Positions 55,038-64,000 of a stretch of 64,000 bases of DNA are shown piece by piece (position 1 is the first letter of the stretch; every line of letters starts with the position of its first letter). Under the pieces are notes generated by a model. It saw only the letters and a program-made list of their open reading frames with translations, made no database searches and was not told the DNA's origin. The translations under genes and the position numbers were made by a program. The stretch is from Epithemia pelagica (lineage: Eukaryota > Protista > Bacillariophyta). The DNA is taken from positions 2,914,001-2,978,000 of the forward strand of contig OX337228.1 of the NCBI GenBank assembly GCA_946965045.2, read 5' to 3'.

Positions 55038-55461
55038 ATTTATGGCTTATCATGCTCCTGGTCTCCTTCATCCTTCATCTTCGAGACGGAATATTATTTA
55101 TTATTCAGTAGAGGAGGGCAGTTGAAGTCGGAGTTTCTGGGCTCTACACTTTAAATCACGGTAATCGAACAAAAATGGCTCAAGTTGAAGTCTCTTCGGA
55201 GCTGGCAGCAGCTTCCACGAGCCACGAGTTGCGAACAAGAAGGACGCGGATAACACGATACGAGGAGACGGACGCAACGTACGACGTACGGGCGAGGGGT
55301 CCTCGTCTTCGGTCTTCTAAGTTCCAATACGTATTGTAGTCTACCCATCTTCTAGGTAGATCTACTTGCGTGGGAGTGCTATCAAACGATAACCAACTCC
55401 TATGTGGAAGCATCATTTTACATTTTACATTCATATAGATCGACCGTCAAAGAAAAGTGCT

Positions 55462-57009
55462 TTAGCTGAAATCTCGATTGGGAAAGAGTCTGGGTGCTAC
55501 CAGAGTCCATAGATACAACGTCAAAACCAGCCACTGAGATGAAATCACAATCCACATGCCCACACGGCCAACAGATGGATTGGCTCGTTCCCCGTCCCCC
55601 ACGATTTCACCCCAGCTCGTCAAGGCCATGGACATCCAGCATGTAATGGCGGCCAACATGACGTTGAGTTTCCAGGAGTTGGAGAGCAATCTTGGACTGG
55701 TATTGGCTGGACTGTAGCCGTCGTCGTCGTCTTTGTCATCCTCGCCGCTTTCCTGGTCAACATTTCCACCAGTCACAACACCTGCCACTTTTCGTGAGTC
55801 AGTCATGGACGAAGCAGGGGCATCAACCAGACGCTCTTCTGGGTCACTCCCGGCAGTCAATTTTTCCTCGGCTGTCCAGCTCCATCCTGTCCAACACATG
55901 GAAATAGCAGTGACGATAAGACCAAGGACAATCCCAACCGTGTCTTGGTCTCCGACCTGTGGGTTACATTCTTCGTTCGGGTTTTTCGAGACAGCTGTGT
56001 AGCACAAGAAGACAGCCCAGAGAGAAACAGATGCGCTCGCCAAGAGGTTGCCCTCCTCTCCGGAAAGCTGTGCAGCAGTGATGAGAACCATCATGACCAA
56101 TGTCACAATGATAAAAACATCGTTACTTTTGCATCCCATAAACTGAGTAAAGAGTACGGCAATACCACCAATGGCAAGAGCAAACAACGCAAATGCTGAA
56201 AAGAGAATTGCCACGAGCCATTTTCGACCGGTTCCTGGCTCTTCGGCTTCAGCTTGATTCGATTTTTCTACCCAGTTATCGTTCTGTGGGGACGAACGTC
56301 AAAGTTCAACAAGAGTTGAGTTTCTGTTTGTTGTAAAATGGAAGACAAGAGGATTTCGACGTACCCAGCTGTAGGCCATATCAATGATGATGATCTGTTG
56401 TAGAATAATAAAGATAACACCACCAACTCGCGCAATGTTCAGGTAAACATCCGAGAAGAGGGGTTCGTTGGTAATCAAAATGGAGATACCACATAAGAAC
56501 AGAAACATGACATATTTGGCTGGCCAAACTTCTCGATTGAATGTGGGTTTGCAAGCGACGGCAATGGCAGCGATTGCAAAAAATAGCACTGTCGCTGCAC
56601 CGACACGATATACCCCACTGTTTCCCGAACAACTTTCTTGGAGCTCTGATCCTTCTGGGTATTGTTCACATCCATCTAACCAGTTCTCGGCCAAATACCC
56701 TGTCCAATCATTTTCGACAATCCAAGGCGCGACTGCATATTGAAAGACGAGAGAGAGGACCAAAGCAATCACCAATAGCAACACTGATCGTTTCCGACCC
56801 GATGTCACACTCGGGGGGATGGTGGATGGTTTGTCATTGCCGAAACAAGCCCCGAACAACGAGGCTGCGGCAGTGCAGAAGCAGAACGTGAGCCCTGTCG
56901 CCATGCATGTTATTAAACGAGTCGCCTGAGTCACGAAGCAAGGAGACAAGTATTAGGCGTCATCATTCGATGCATGTGCGAAAGGGAAACTCTCAGATAC
57001 ACCTACCAT
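55462..57009 (-). CDS. SERINC: Serine incorporator (Serinc/TDE) family membrane protein, 3 exons
   Basis: ATG|gtaggt micro-exon; CSGNSGVYRVG; WPAKYVMF; IFIILQQIIIIDMAYSW; GNLLASASVSLWAVFLCYTAVSKNP; SQWLVLTLYLWTLVAPRLFPNRDFS. Confidence 0.92.
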
Positions 57010-57549
57010 GTTGTTGATTATGTCGAATAGTCTTTGGTATTACGGATTCGCAAGTTTGAGACGAGTTTAACAAGATTGCGAGGGCGATCGTTGTCTTAGA
57101 CTTTCTTTGAGTCGTTGTTGTGTTCCGAATTTGGTATCTCTTCCCATTCGCGTTTCATTCGTGAGCGCCCAAGTCTCCACTCGCGTCCCTGGCAGAAATG
57201 ACTGGCACAAGTAATCGCCAGAATGTCACCGCACGCGCACAAAAAGCTGTCCCTCTCTGTAACGGTCTCTAACCGGTACACGCATACTGAGATTCAAAAA
57301 TTTATGGCTTTGCGAGAATGCGCACCCGCGCAAGCTGTTGGCGGAATTCCTCCTTCCTACGAGTATGCTGACACAATGACAACAAGGTGAAGTTTACAAG
57401 GTAACCAAGCGATGACAGCCGTCAAAGCACTAAAGTTTTGTGATCTTTCAACTATTCTTATAAAGTTACTGTAGTCGTGGGCAACATATCCTGTCAAGAA
57501 GCGGCTCCATCAATATTCTTGTGGAAAAAGTCATGGTCAAGTCGGGTTC

Positions 57550-57948
57550 TTACGAAGATTCCGCGGCGGGGGCAGGGGGAGCAAGAGGAGTCGTATCCAT
57601 GTACGTCCAGCACTTGGCAATCTTTCCTTCGTCGTTCAGTTCAAAGATATCCGAGAATCGACAGGTGACCTTGTCCTCCCGACCTTCGACTTCGTACTCC
57701 ACTCTTCCATGACAGCAAACGGTTTTCGGAGTAGTGTCGGTCTTTTCGGTTGCAAAGACAAAGAGTTCAAAATGACGAGAGGACTTGGTCGTTCCCATCA
57801 AGGTCTCCGTCAAAGTCCGAATGTCTGACGAGGGTGGGAACGTGTTGACTGTCCAAACCGCATCGTCTGCAAAGTCTCCACAGAATGCGTCGACATCCTT
57901 GGAGTCCCAATATCCCGCCAACAACACTTTGGGGTCGAACGCTGCCAT
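57550..57948 (-). CDS. SnoaL-like / NTF2-like small protein
   Basis: WDSKDVDAFCGDFADDAVW...RFSDIFELNDEGKIAKCWTYMD; intronless, 132 aa. Confidence 0.75.
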   Translation of the reverse strand: MAAFDPKVLLAGYWDSKDVDAFCGDFADDAVWTVNTFPPSSDIRTLTETLMGTTKSSRHFELFVFATEKTDTTPKTVCCHGRVEYEVEGREDKVTCRFSDIFELNDEGKIAKCWTYMDTTPLAPPAPAAESS

Positions 57949-58871
57949 GGTAACTATGAACGAGTGTGGTACTGGGTAGCTTCGCGGTGTGCCTCTTGTT
58001 GCAAGTTAGTAGTCACGTTTTGTGGGAGGATCCTGCAAGTAATCTTGAGGAGAATGGATACGCAATCAGCAGGCGTAACAACGATCAACTCCAGCTTCCA
58101 GCTTTATTCGCCTTGGATATCCAGCGTGGGCCGTGGAGTGTCTTGTGGCACATGGATGGAATAAGTTTCAAGCATCAAATCATGGGTCCACGATCCAAAC
58201 TCCAAACATTCTTCGATTGTATCAATTCTATTGATCCTCCTATCGCTCCTATTCGCACAAAGAGAAAATTCCGCAAAGCGGAAAAGGAAAAAGCAAAAAT
58301 CCCTGACCACTGACCCACCGATCACGAATCACGACGTAGTTTGTACGACGAATCACGAAGAATACGAGGAATGAGAAGGAATCAATTAATAATTTTGTCC
58401 TTGAGCTTTGTACGTGTCACTATAATGTAATCTGTATGGGTCTCATGTCTCGCGTTCACCTCTCCCCCCCATGTCCAACATGTTGTATGCACCTTTTCAG
58501 ACTTGTAGAAAGAAGCTGACCATGAGAAAGACAGTCTGCTATTGTAGAATGAGTGATAAGCCTTCGACCGACGACGTAGGTAAGTTTTGGAAGAAGGGTC
58601 TAATCTAAAATGATATGAGACGAATCCAGACGTGTATCGAATGCAAGACAAGTAACGAGCAGTAAGAATTTGCTGGCTGTCGCAACTTTCCCAACGCGAA
58701 CTCTGTATTTTTTCTCTGTACCCGCATGATATGACGCGGTGGAACATTGCGGGCGGCACACGAAAACAAGAGAACAGGCCAGCCGGCTAGCAATGGCCAC
58801 ACTGTCTCTCTCAAAGAATATAGGCGACGGCTTTCACACTGATACCCATCAAAAGTCAAACGTGAGGGCCT

Positions 58872-59942
58872 GTGTCCAGGGAATGTGTTTTTGAGTTCTG
58901 AAATCGAGTTTCGAGTTTCGAGGTTGAGCTAATAGGTTATGGTCCCCTTGAAAACTCGAAAACACAACCTCGAATCCCCCAAATCTTGGCAATCCCCCAA
59001 CGACCTTGCCAAGATTCTGAAATCGAGTTTCGAGTTTCGAGGTTTGCAAAGAGCCCCACGCGCTCCTACAAAACCCACCTTTCAGCCGCCGGGCTCTCTG
59101 TCTCTCATTTCGATCTCTCCGACAACAACAACGAGGCAATCTCTCTTGTCCATCATAGACAATAGTACAATAGTATTAATACTTCCCGGTGTCGAGTCCT
59201 TTCAAGGAGGGACCGCCCGGCGCGGAGGGTAGAATGACGAGGAGGGCAATGGTCGAGGAGGGCGCACGCCCGACAAGACAATTGCCCGTCGAGTCATTCT
59301 CCCGACAAGCCGGGCGCGCCCGACGCGAGAGGACGGCCAGACACAGGGAAGTAGTAAACTTACTCCCTATCAAGCTGTGTAGGTAGTGAGAAATTCCTAG
59401 AAGCCATGTCACAAAGTGTCACACAAGTGTCGCACAAGTGTCACACACGAGAGGGAAACCGCGCGACTCGCACGAAACTACTTCCCGGTCGTACAAAAAA
59501 TTCCTACTGTAGTATAAAAATGTGAGACGAACTACCTACACAGTCTGGTATGGAGTTAGTAGCACAATGATTGATGTGATATAAGTAGGAGCTTCTCTAG
59601 AAAATAAGCAAGTATTATTAACCTGTCGCTGCCATGGAAGTAATGGTCACAACCACTGTCAATGGTCAAAAGCAAATAGTTCTCATCTCTCCATAGATGA
59701 CATGGTTACGGAACAAAGCCCGCATCCTGCTCCATGGACGGGCTCTACAAATATTCTACCTTCTCCCGTTATGCAATGTGATATTAGGAATTAGGAGTAC
59801 TCAAGCGACATTTGTTTGTCGTCATTGTCAATTGCCGTTGTGCTCGTTCATGCGCCGGTAGGGGGGAAGCATGGGAGTGCACGAGTATTGAAAAATAAAA
59901 CTCGAAACTCGAAACTCGAAAATACAGTTTTTACCTGGACAC
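58872..59942. mobile_element. MITE-like non-autonomous element with imperfect terminal inverted repeats and subterminal (TCGAGTT)n
   Basis: GTGTCCAGG (58872) and CCTGGACAC (59934-59942). TCGAGTTTCGAGTTTCGAG at about 58904 is mirrored by CTCGAAACTCGAAACTCGA at 59901. No convincing ORF inside. Confidence 0.6.
59407..59447 (+). repeat. Short tandem repeat of an about 11-bp AAGTGTC(A/G)CAC unit (about 4 copies)
   Basis: tgtcacaaagtgtcacacaagtgtcgcacaagtgtcacac. Confidence 0.8.
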
Positions 59943-60323
59943 GTACAAGCTGGTTCACGTTGCGGAGTGCATGAGTTTTTCATAGTGGGAAATTGTATAC
60001 TACACTTTAGCCCACAGTACCCCAGCGTTTCGGATCACTTACGGTTTTCGTGTTCCTCACATTTTGTCACGCACATATTGAAAAATGCAAAATGCAATAA
60101 CGACTAGTGACCGCTTCATGCGACGATGGCCATTCGCCGGTCGAAATGCGAAACACCACCCAACCTAATCGATAGGATAGATATAAAAGTAGTAGAAAAT
60201 CATAGGGGTGTCGCGCATTTCGACCTGTGGTTCAGTCTCGAGGAGCAGTGAAAGTAGCTACTGTCGAACATCGTGGGCAGTCCCCTCATCCTCCATCTCT
60301 CTGCCTGTGCCCGAACAGACAAA

Positions 60324-63300
60324 ATGGTTCAATCATATACAGGGCCATACACAACCATATGCGACGAATTTGGCTTCAGATGCCATCCAATACGCTTCCT
60401 CTGGACAAACCGGTGGATTATTGACGCTGAGATTGCCGTCTTCTTGAAGCAGTGGATTCCGGAATTATCCGACGCAACAATGATGAATCGATCTTTAATG
60501 CGCTCAGGTAGTGAATGGCGACTCCATTTCCTATCGCAAGAGTGGAATCCCAAGGGTATCTACCGCCACGAGGTGCGACGTCGAGGTGGGAAACAAATAT
60601 TCTACTATGTTTCGGCTCGTCAGACCGATCCACCACCTCAATTCAACCACACTATTGACGAGTGGCTTAAATTCAAAAGCCACAATCGGATTCGAATTGG
60701 AGGGAGGAACAAACGCAAGAAACCCACAACACCAATCAAGGATGATGAAACTGCCACAACGGCAGCGTCATCACCACCAAGCCCAGAGCAGATTTTGGAA
60801 GAGGCACTGGAAACCACCACAACAACAACAACCACAGGCACAGGAAACGACAATGGAAACAACAACAACAACGAGCATTCCAATGCCTCCAGTGACTCTT
60901 CTGCCGTAGATTTCTTCGACCGGCCCGTTGTGAGCAAAATCTTTGGTCCGAGAGTGAATGAGGAGACAACGAGAAAGAAGCTGGAACGGTGGATTGAGTC
61001 ACTTGAAATGGCGGAACAACGGTTTGATTGTTTTTTGACTCTTGTCAACAAGGGCCAAGATGAGCCACCGCCAAACTCTTGTGTCCCAAAGATGCTTATG
61101 AGGATGCGGGTGCTGAGGCTTGCGTATGAGCGAGCCCTGCACACCATGGAGGATGGTGCCACGTGGACTTCGTGTTGCAAATATGCAACCGAACGGAGTA
61201 GAATCTCAAAAAGCGGTCTGCAGAATTGGCGGACTGTGCAAAGAGCCAACGTTGCATTCCGGGTCAGCGGCAAGTTCCCGCATCCAAACTGGTACATCCA
61301 GATTGGGAAGAAGCCGTGCCCATGCTTTCTGGCTCAATATCCAGAAGCACTCCCATTGCTGCAGAAGTGGGCGAGCCAACATCTGGAGACCCTCTCCTGC
61401 GAGATGGCAGCCATGTACATTCGAGACAGTTTGATCCCATTGATATATAAAAAAGAGCAACAGACGGACACCGAAGATGGGGAGCCATCCACAGAGCCGC
61501 TCACGTTGGACGAGTTCCGTCAAAAAGTGAATCTCCCCAGTGTTTCAGTCGGTGCGGCATGGAAGATTCTCACATATGCTGGGTTTCGATTCTCTGAAAC
61601 AAAGAAGACATACTACACGGACCGTCACGAGGACGCCGACAATGTTCAAGCCCGGAAGCAGTTCATCTCGAAATACTTCGAGTTGGAAAAGCTTGCGCAT
61701 CGATGGATTCAGATTCCATCCGACCAAGCAATCAAACTAGAAAACGGGGAGATTGAGGGTGTCTCCGAAAAGCTCATGAAGGATGTTTGGGCTTTCGAGT
61801 TTCGAGACCCTTCGACGAACCAAACAATGCGAGAATACCATGTAGATTGTTTTCCTGATGTGTTTTCATCATACATTAGAGATGAAAACAAGCTGCTGGG
61901 AGGAAATTTGTCGCATCGTTTCCCTTCTGAGCGTCGTCCTGTTGTGCTTGTTGGCCAAGATGAAGCCATTTTCAAGCAATGGTCCTTCTCGAAGAAGAGT
62001 TGGGGGGACCACAAAGGGCGTGGAGTTCTTTTGCCCAAAGACGACGGGCACGGTTTAATGCTTAGTGCATTCGTGAGTCGCGCATGGGGGTTCTATTCAG
62101 ACAACTCAGGCGAAGTTGTCCTGCTCACCCCCGAGAAGCTAGAGGCAATCAATCAATCTCGTCGAGCGCAGACGTACTTGGCCGAGGACTCTGCCAGTCA
62201 AGTACTTGGTGGCAGCAGCAAGCGGATCCGGCAGATCACGGATGCCAGTGCGTTCTGCACGTATTTTGACTATGGATCCAACAATGATGGCTGGTGGAAC
62301 TACGATCACATGGCCCTCCAATTTGAGGACTTGGTTGATTGTTTGATGGTCCTCTATCCATCCTTTGATTTCGCTTTTCTCTTTGACAACAGTAGCGGTC
62401 ATGGACGAAAACAGAAGGATGGGCTCAACGAGAAGACCATGAACAAGGATTGGGGTGGAGTGGTACCCAAAATGCATGAGACAATTGTTGAGTGCATCGG
62501 TCCATATCCACACCCTCATCGTCTTCAGCCAGGGTCGAAGCAATCCATGGTATACACGGATGCGGACCCTGGCCCATTTGCTTATAAGGGTGTTCCTCTC
62601 ACTGAGGAGCAACGACAACGAATGAAGTTCGACCACCCAACCAATCAAACAAAGAAACACAAGCTGTCCAAGAAAGAATTGATTGGTGAGCTCATTCGCC
62701 ATGACATTCAACAAGGAGCTCAACATGGCGACAGGGCACTTCAAGCCTACCATTCCAAATCCCTTGACCAGCTCCAGGCAATTTCGACAGCAAGGCAGCT
62801 ACCAACCGAGGTAGACCGAGTTGTCATGGAGCAGGGCTGGCTCGGGCAACCAAAGGGTCTCTTCCAAGTTCTGGGCGAGCGTGGTTTCATTGACACCACC
62901 AAGCTCCAGGAATACCGCAAGGACATGAGTAAGACATGGTTGGATGGTTCAGGACAGGTCCGTGAGGACAAGATGGAGGAATACAAGAAGTATTCCTTGA
63001 CTTACCTGATGGGATCGTGCGAGGACTTCAAGAATGAGAGATCAGCCCTCGAACAACTGGCGGCTGATCTCTCGCAGCGATATTCTCGCAACCTTGAAAT
63101 CCTCGTCACACCAAAATACCACTGCGAACTGGCGGGTGAAGGGATCGAGTACGCATGGGGTCTTGGGAAGCGATACTTCCGACGCTTGACAAGAAACAAG
63201 AAAGGCAACAAGACGAAGTTCATGCAAGTGGTGAGAGACAGTATGGGGAAAGTTTCGCTGAGAACCGTTCGCAGGTTCTCAGCGAAAGCAAGGCGGTACA

Positions 63301-63473
63301 TGCTTACCTATTTGTTGTTTGACAGCAGGAATCAAAGTGCAACAGATGACATCCTGTTTGTCGAAATCGAGAAGTATGTGAATGTGAGTATGAAGACTCA
63401 CCGGTGCACGCTCGATCAAGAGCACTCGTTCATCCAGCAAGTCTGGAAGGAGGCACAAGAAGCAGAACGCTGA
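60324..63473 (+). CDS. IS630-Tc1-mariner superfamily DDE transposase with a long insertion in the catalytic domain
   Basis: VGQDEAIF (D1), FLFDNSSGH (D2), TPKYHCELAGEGIEYAWG (E). Also GFRFSETKKTYYTDRHE, PKGLFQVLGERG and RRFSAKARRY. Intact 1049-aa frame. Confidence 0.85.
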   Translation: MVQSYTGPYTTICDEFGFRCHPIRFLWTNRWIIDAEIAVFLKQWIPELSDATMMNRSLMRSGSEWRLHFLSQEWNPKGIYRHEVRRRGGKQIFYYVSARQTDPPPQFNHTIDEWLKFKSHNRIRIGGRNKRKKPTTPIKDDETATTAASSPPSPEQILEEALETTTTTTTTGTGNDNGNNNNNEHSNASSDSSAVDFFDRPVVSKIFGPRVNEETTRKKLERWIESLEMAEQRFDCFLTLVNKGQDEPPPNSCVPKMLMRMRVLRLAYERALHTMEDGATWTSCCKYATERSRISKSGLQNWRTVQRANVAFRVSGKFPHPNWYIQIGKKPCPCFLAQYPEALPLLQKWASQHLETLSCEMAAMYIRDSLIPLIYKKEQQTDTEDGEPSTEPLTLDEFRQKVNLPSVSVGAAWKILTYAGFRFSETKKTYYTDRHEDADNVQARKQFISKYFELEKLAHRWIQIPSDQAIKLENGEIEGVSEKLMKDVWAFEFRDPSTNQTMREYHVDCFPDVFSSYIRDENKLLGGNLSHRFPSERRPVVLVGQDEAIFKQWSFSKKSWGDHKGRGVLLPKDDGHGLMLSAFVSRAWGFYSDNSGEVVLLTPEKLEAINQSRRAQTYLAEDSASQVLGGSSKRIRQITDASAFCTYFDYGSNNDGWWNYDHMALQFEDLVDCLMVLYPSFDFAFLFDNSSGHGRKQKDGLNEKTMNKDWGGVVPKMHETIVECIGPYPHPHRLQPGSKQSMVYTDADPGPFAYKGVPLTEEQRQRMKFDHPTNQTKKHKLSKKELIGELIRHDIQQGAQHGDRALQAYHSKSLDQLQAISTARQLPTEVDRVVMEQGWLGQPKGLFQVLGERGFIDTTKLQEYRKDMSKTWLDGSGQVREDKMEEYKKYSLTYLMGSCEDFKNERSALEQLAADLSQRYSRNLEILVTPKYHCELAGEGIEYAWGLGKRYFRRLTRNKKGNKTKFMQVVRDSMGKVSLRTVRRFSAKARRYMLTYLLFDSRNQSATDDILFVEIEKYVNVSMKTHRCTLDQEHSFIQQVWKEAQEAER

Positions 63474-63823
63474 AATTCATATTGTAACACATTTACGTAC
63501 CATAGAACTCCTCTTCATCTTCATACTTGTAGGCTTGTCATGCACGAGACTCTGTTTCACTTTTTCCAGAAGCAAATTTTATGAGAGAATCTTTTTTGTA
63601 CGTCTCAAGTGCTGCGAAGTTCATTGGTGACACCAAAAATAGACTGGTCCACAGTGTACAAACGACAGTCTGATGACTGTCAATGCGGTTTTCACTCTCA
63701 TTCGGAAGCTCAAAGGGGTTGGCGTTTCTGCGCCTTCTCCAAAAAGTGCAGCAGCCCAAGTTCATAAAAGTGCAGCAGTCAGAATTTTTCGACAGCGACA
63801 AAGTGCAGCAGCCTGCAACAGCC

Positions 63824-64000
63824 ATGGGAAAGCGACAGACACGTTCCGCTACAAAGCAACAGGCAAGTTCCGCAAGAACACGAACAAGAGCAGCAAAGCC
63901 GCCTCGTCGCATGCAGCAAAATCGAAAATACAAAATGGATGAGCTCAATCAGAAACAACGAGCGAGGAAGAAGATTGCAACAACGAGAACGCCACGGGCA
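63824..64000 (+). CDS. Possible start of a basic protein, running off the window end
   Basis: gccATGggaaag opens MGKRQTRSATKQQASSARTRTRAAKPPRR... with no stop before the window end. Confidence 0.3.
   Translation, partial: MGKRQTRSATKQQASSARTRTRAAKPPRRMQQNRKYKMDELNQKQRARKKIATTRTPRA

Overview
Eukaryotic nuclear DNA, most likely from a pennate diatom. This is inferred from short GT-AG introns, bipartite plastid-targeting-type N-termini and a diatom-style copia element. Positions 1-37 kb are gene-dense host sequence: Exo70, MRG/EAF3, a UBZ4-finger protein, two HMG-box factors, a BTB protein, prolyl 4-hydroxylase, BET5, YAF9, TRM11, a Tweety-like protein, TruA, a GT23-like transferase, a 2OG-Fe(II) oxygenase, and three tandem copies of an unknown GPI-type surface protein. 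A TpA/CTAG-rich tract at about 13.25-14.1 kb has a RIP-like dinucleotide signature. Positions 37-53 kb hold an intact Ty1/copia element (223-bp LTRs, GCGGC target-site duplication) with an extra upstream ORF. Its primer-binding site is a perfect 14-nt complement of its own LTR, which suggests Tf1-like self-priming. Next is a 3'-truncated tyrosine-recombinase (DIRS/Ngaro-like) retrotransposon, flanked by a 1.27-kb direct duplication that leaves one broken and one intact copy of a plastid-targeted gene. The window ends with Serinc, a SnoaL-like gene, a MITE-like element and a long IS630-Tc1-mariner transposase. Three single-base frameshifts in otherwise normal genes suggest residual assembly indel errors. 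All family calls are from motif recognition by eye; no database search was run.
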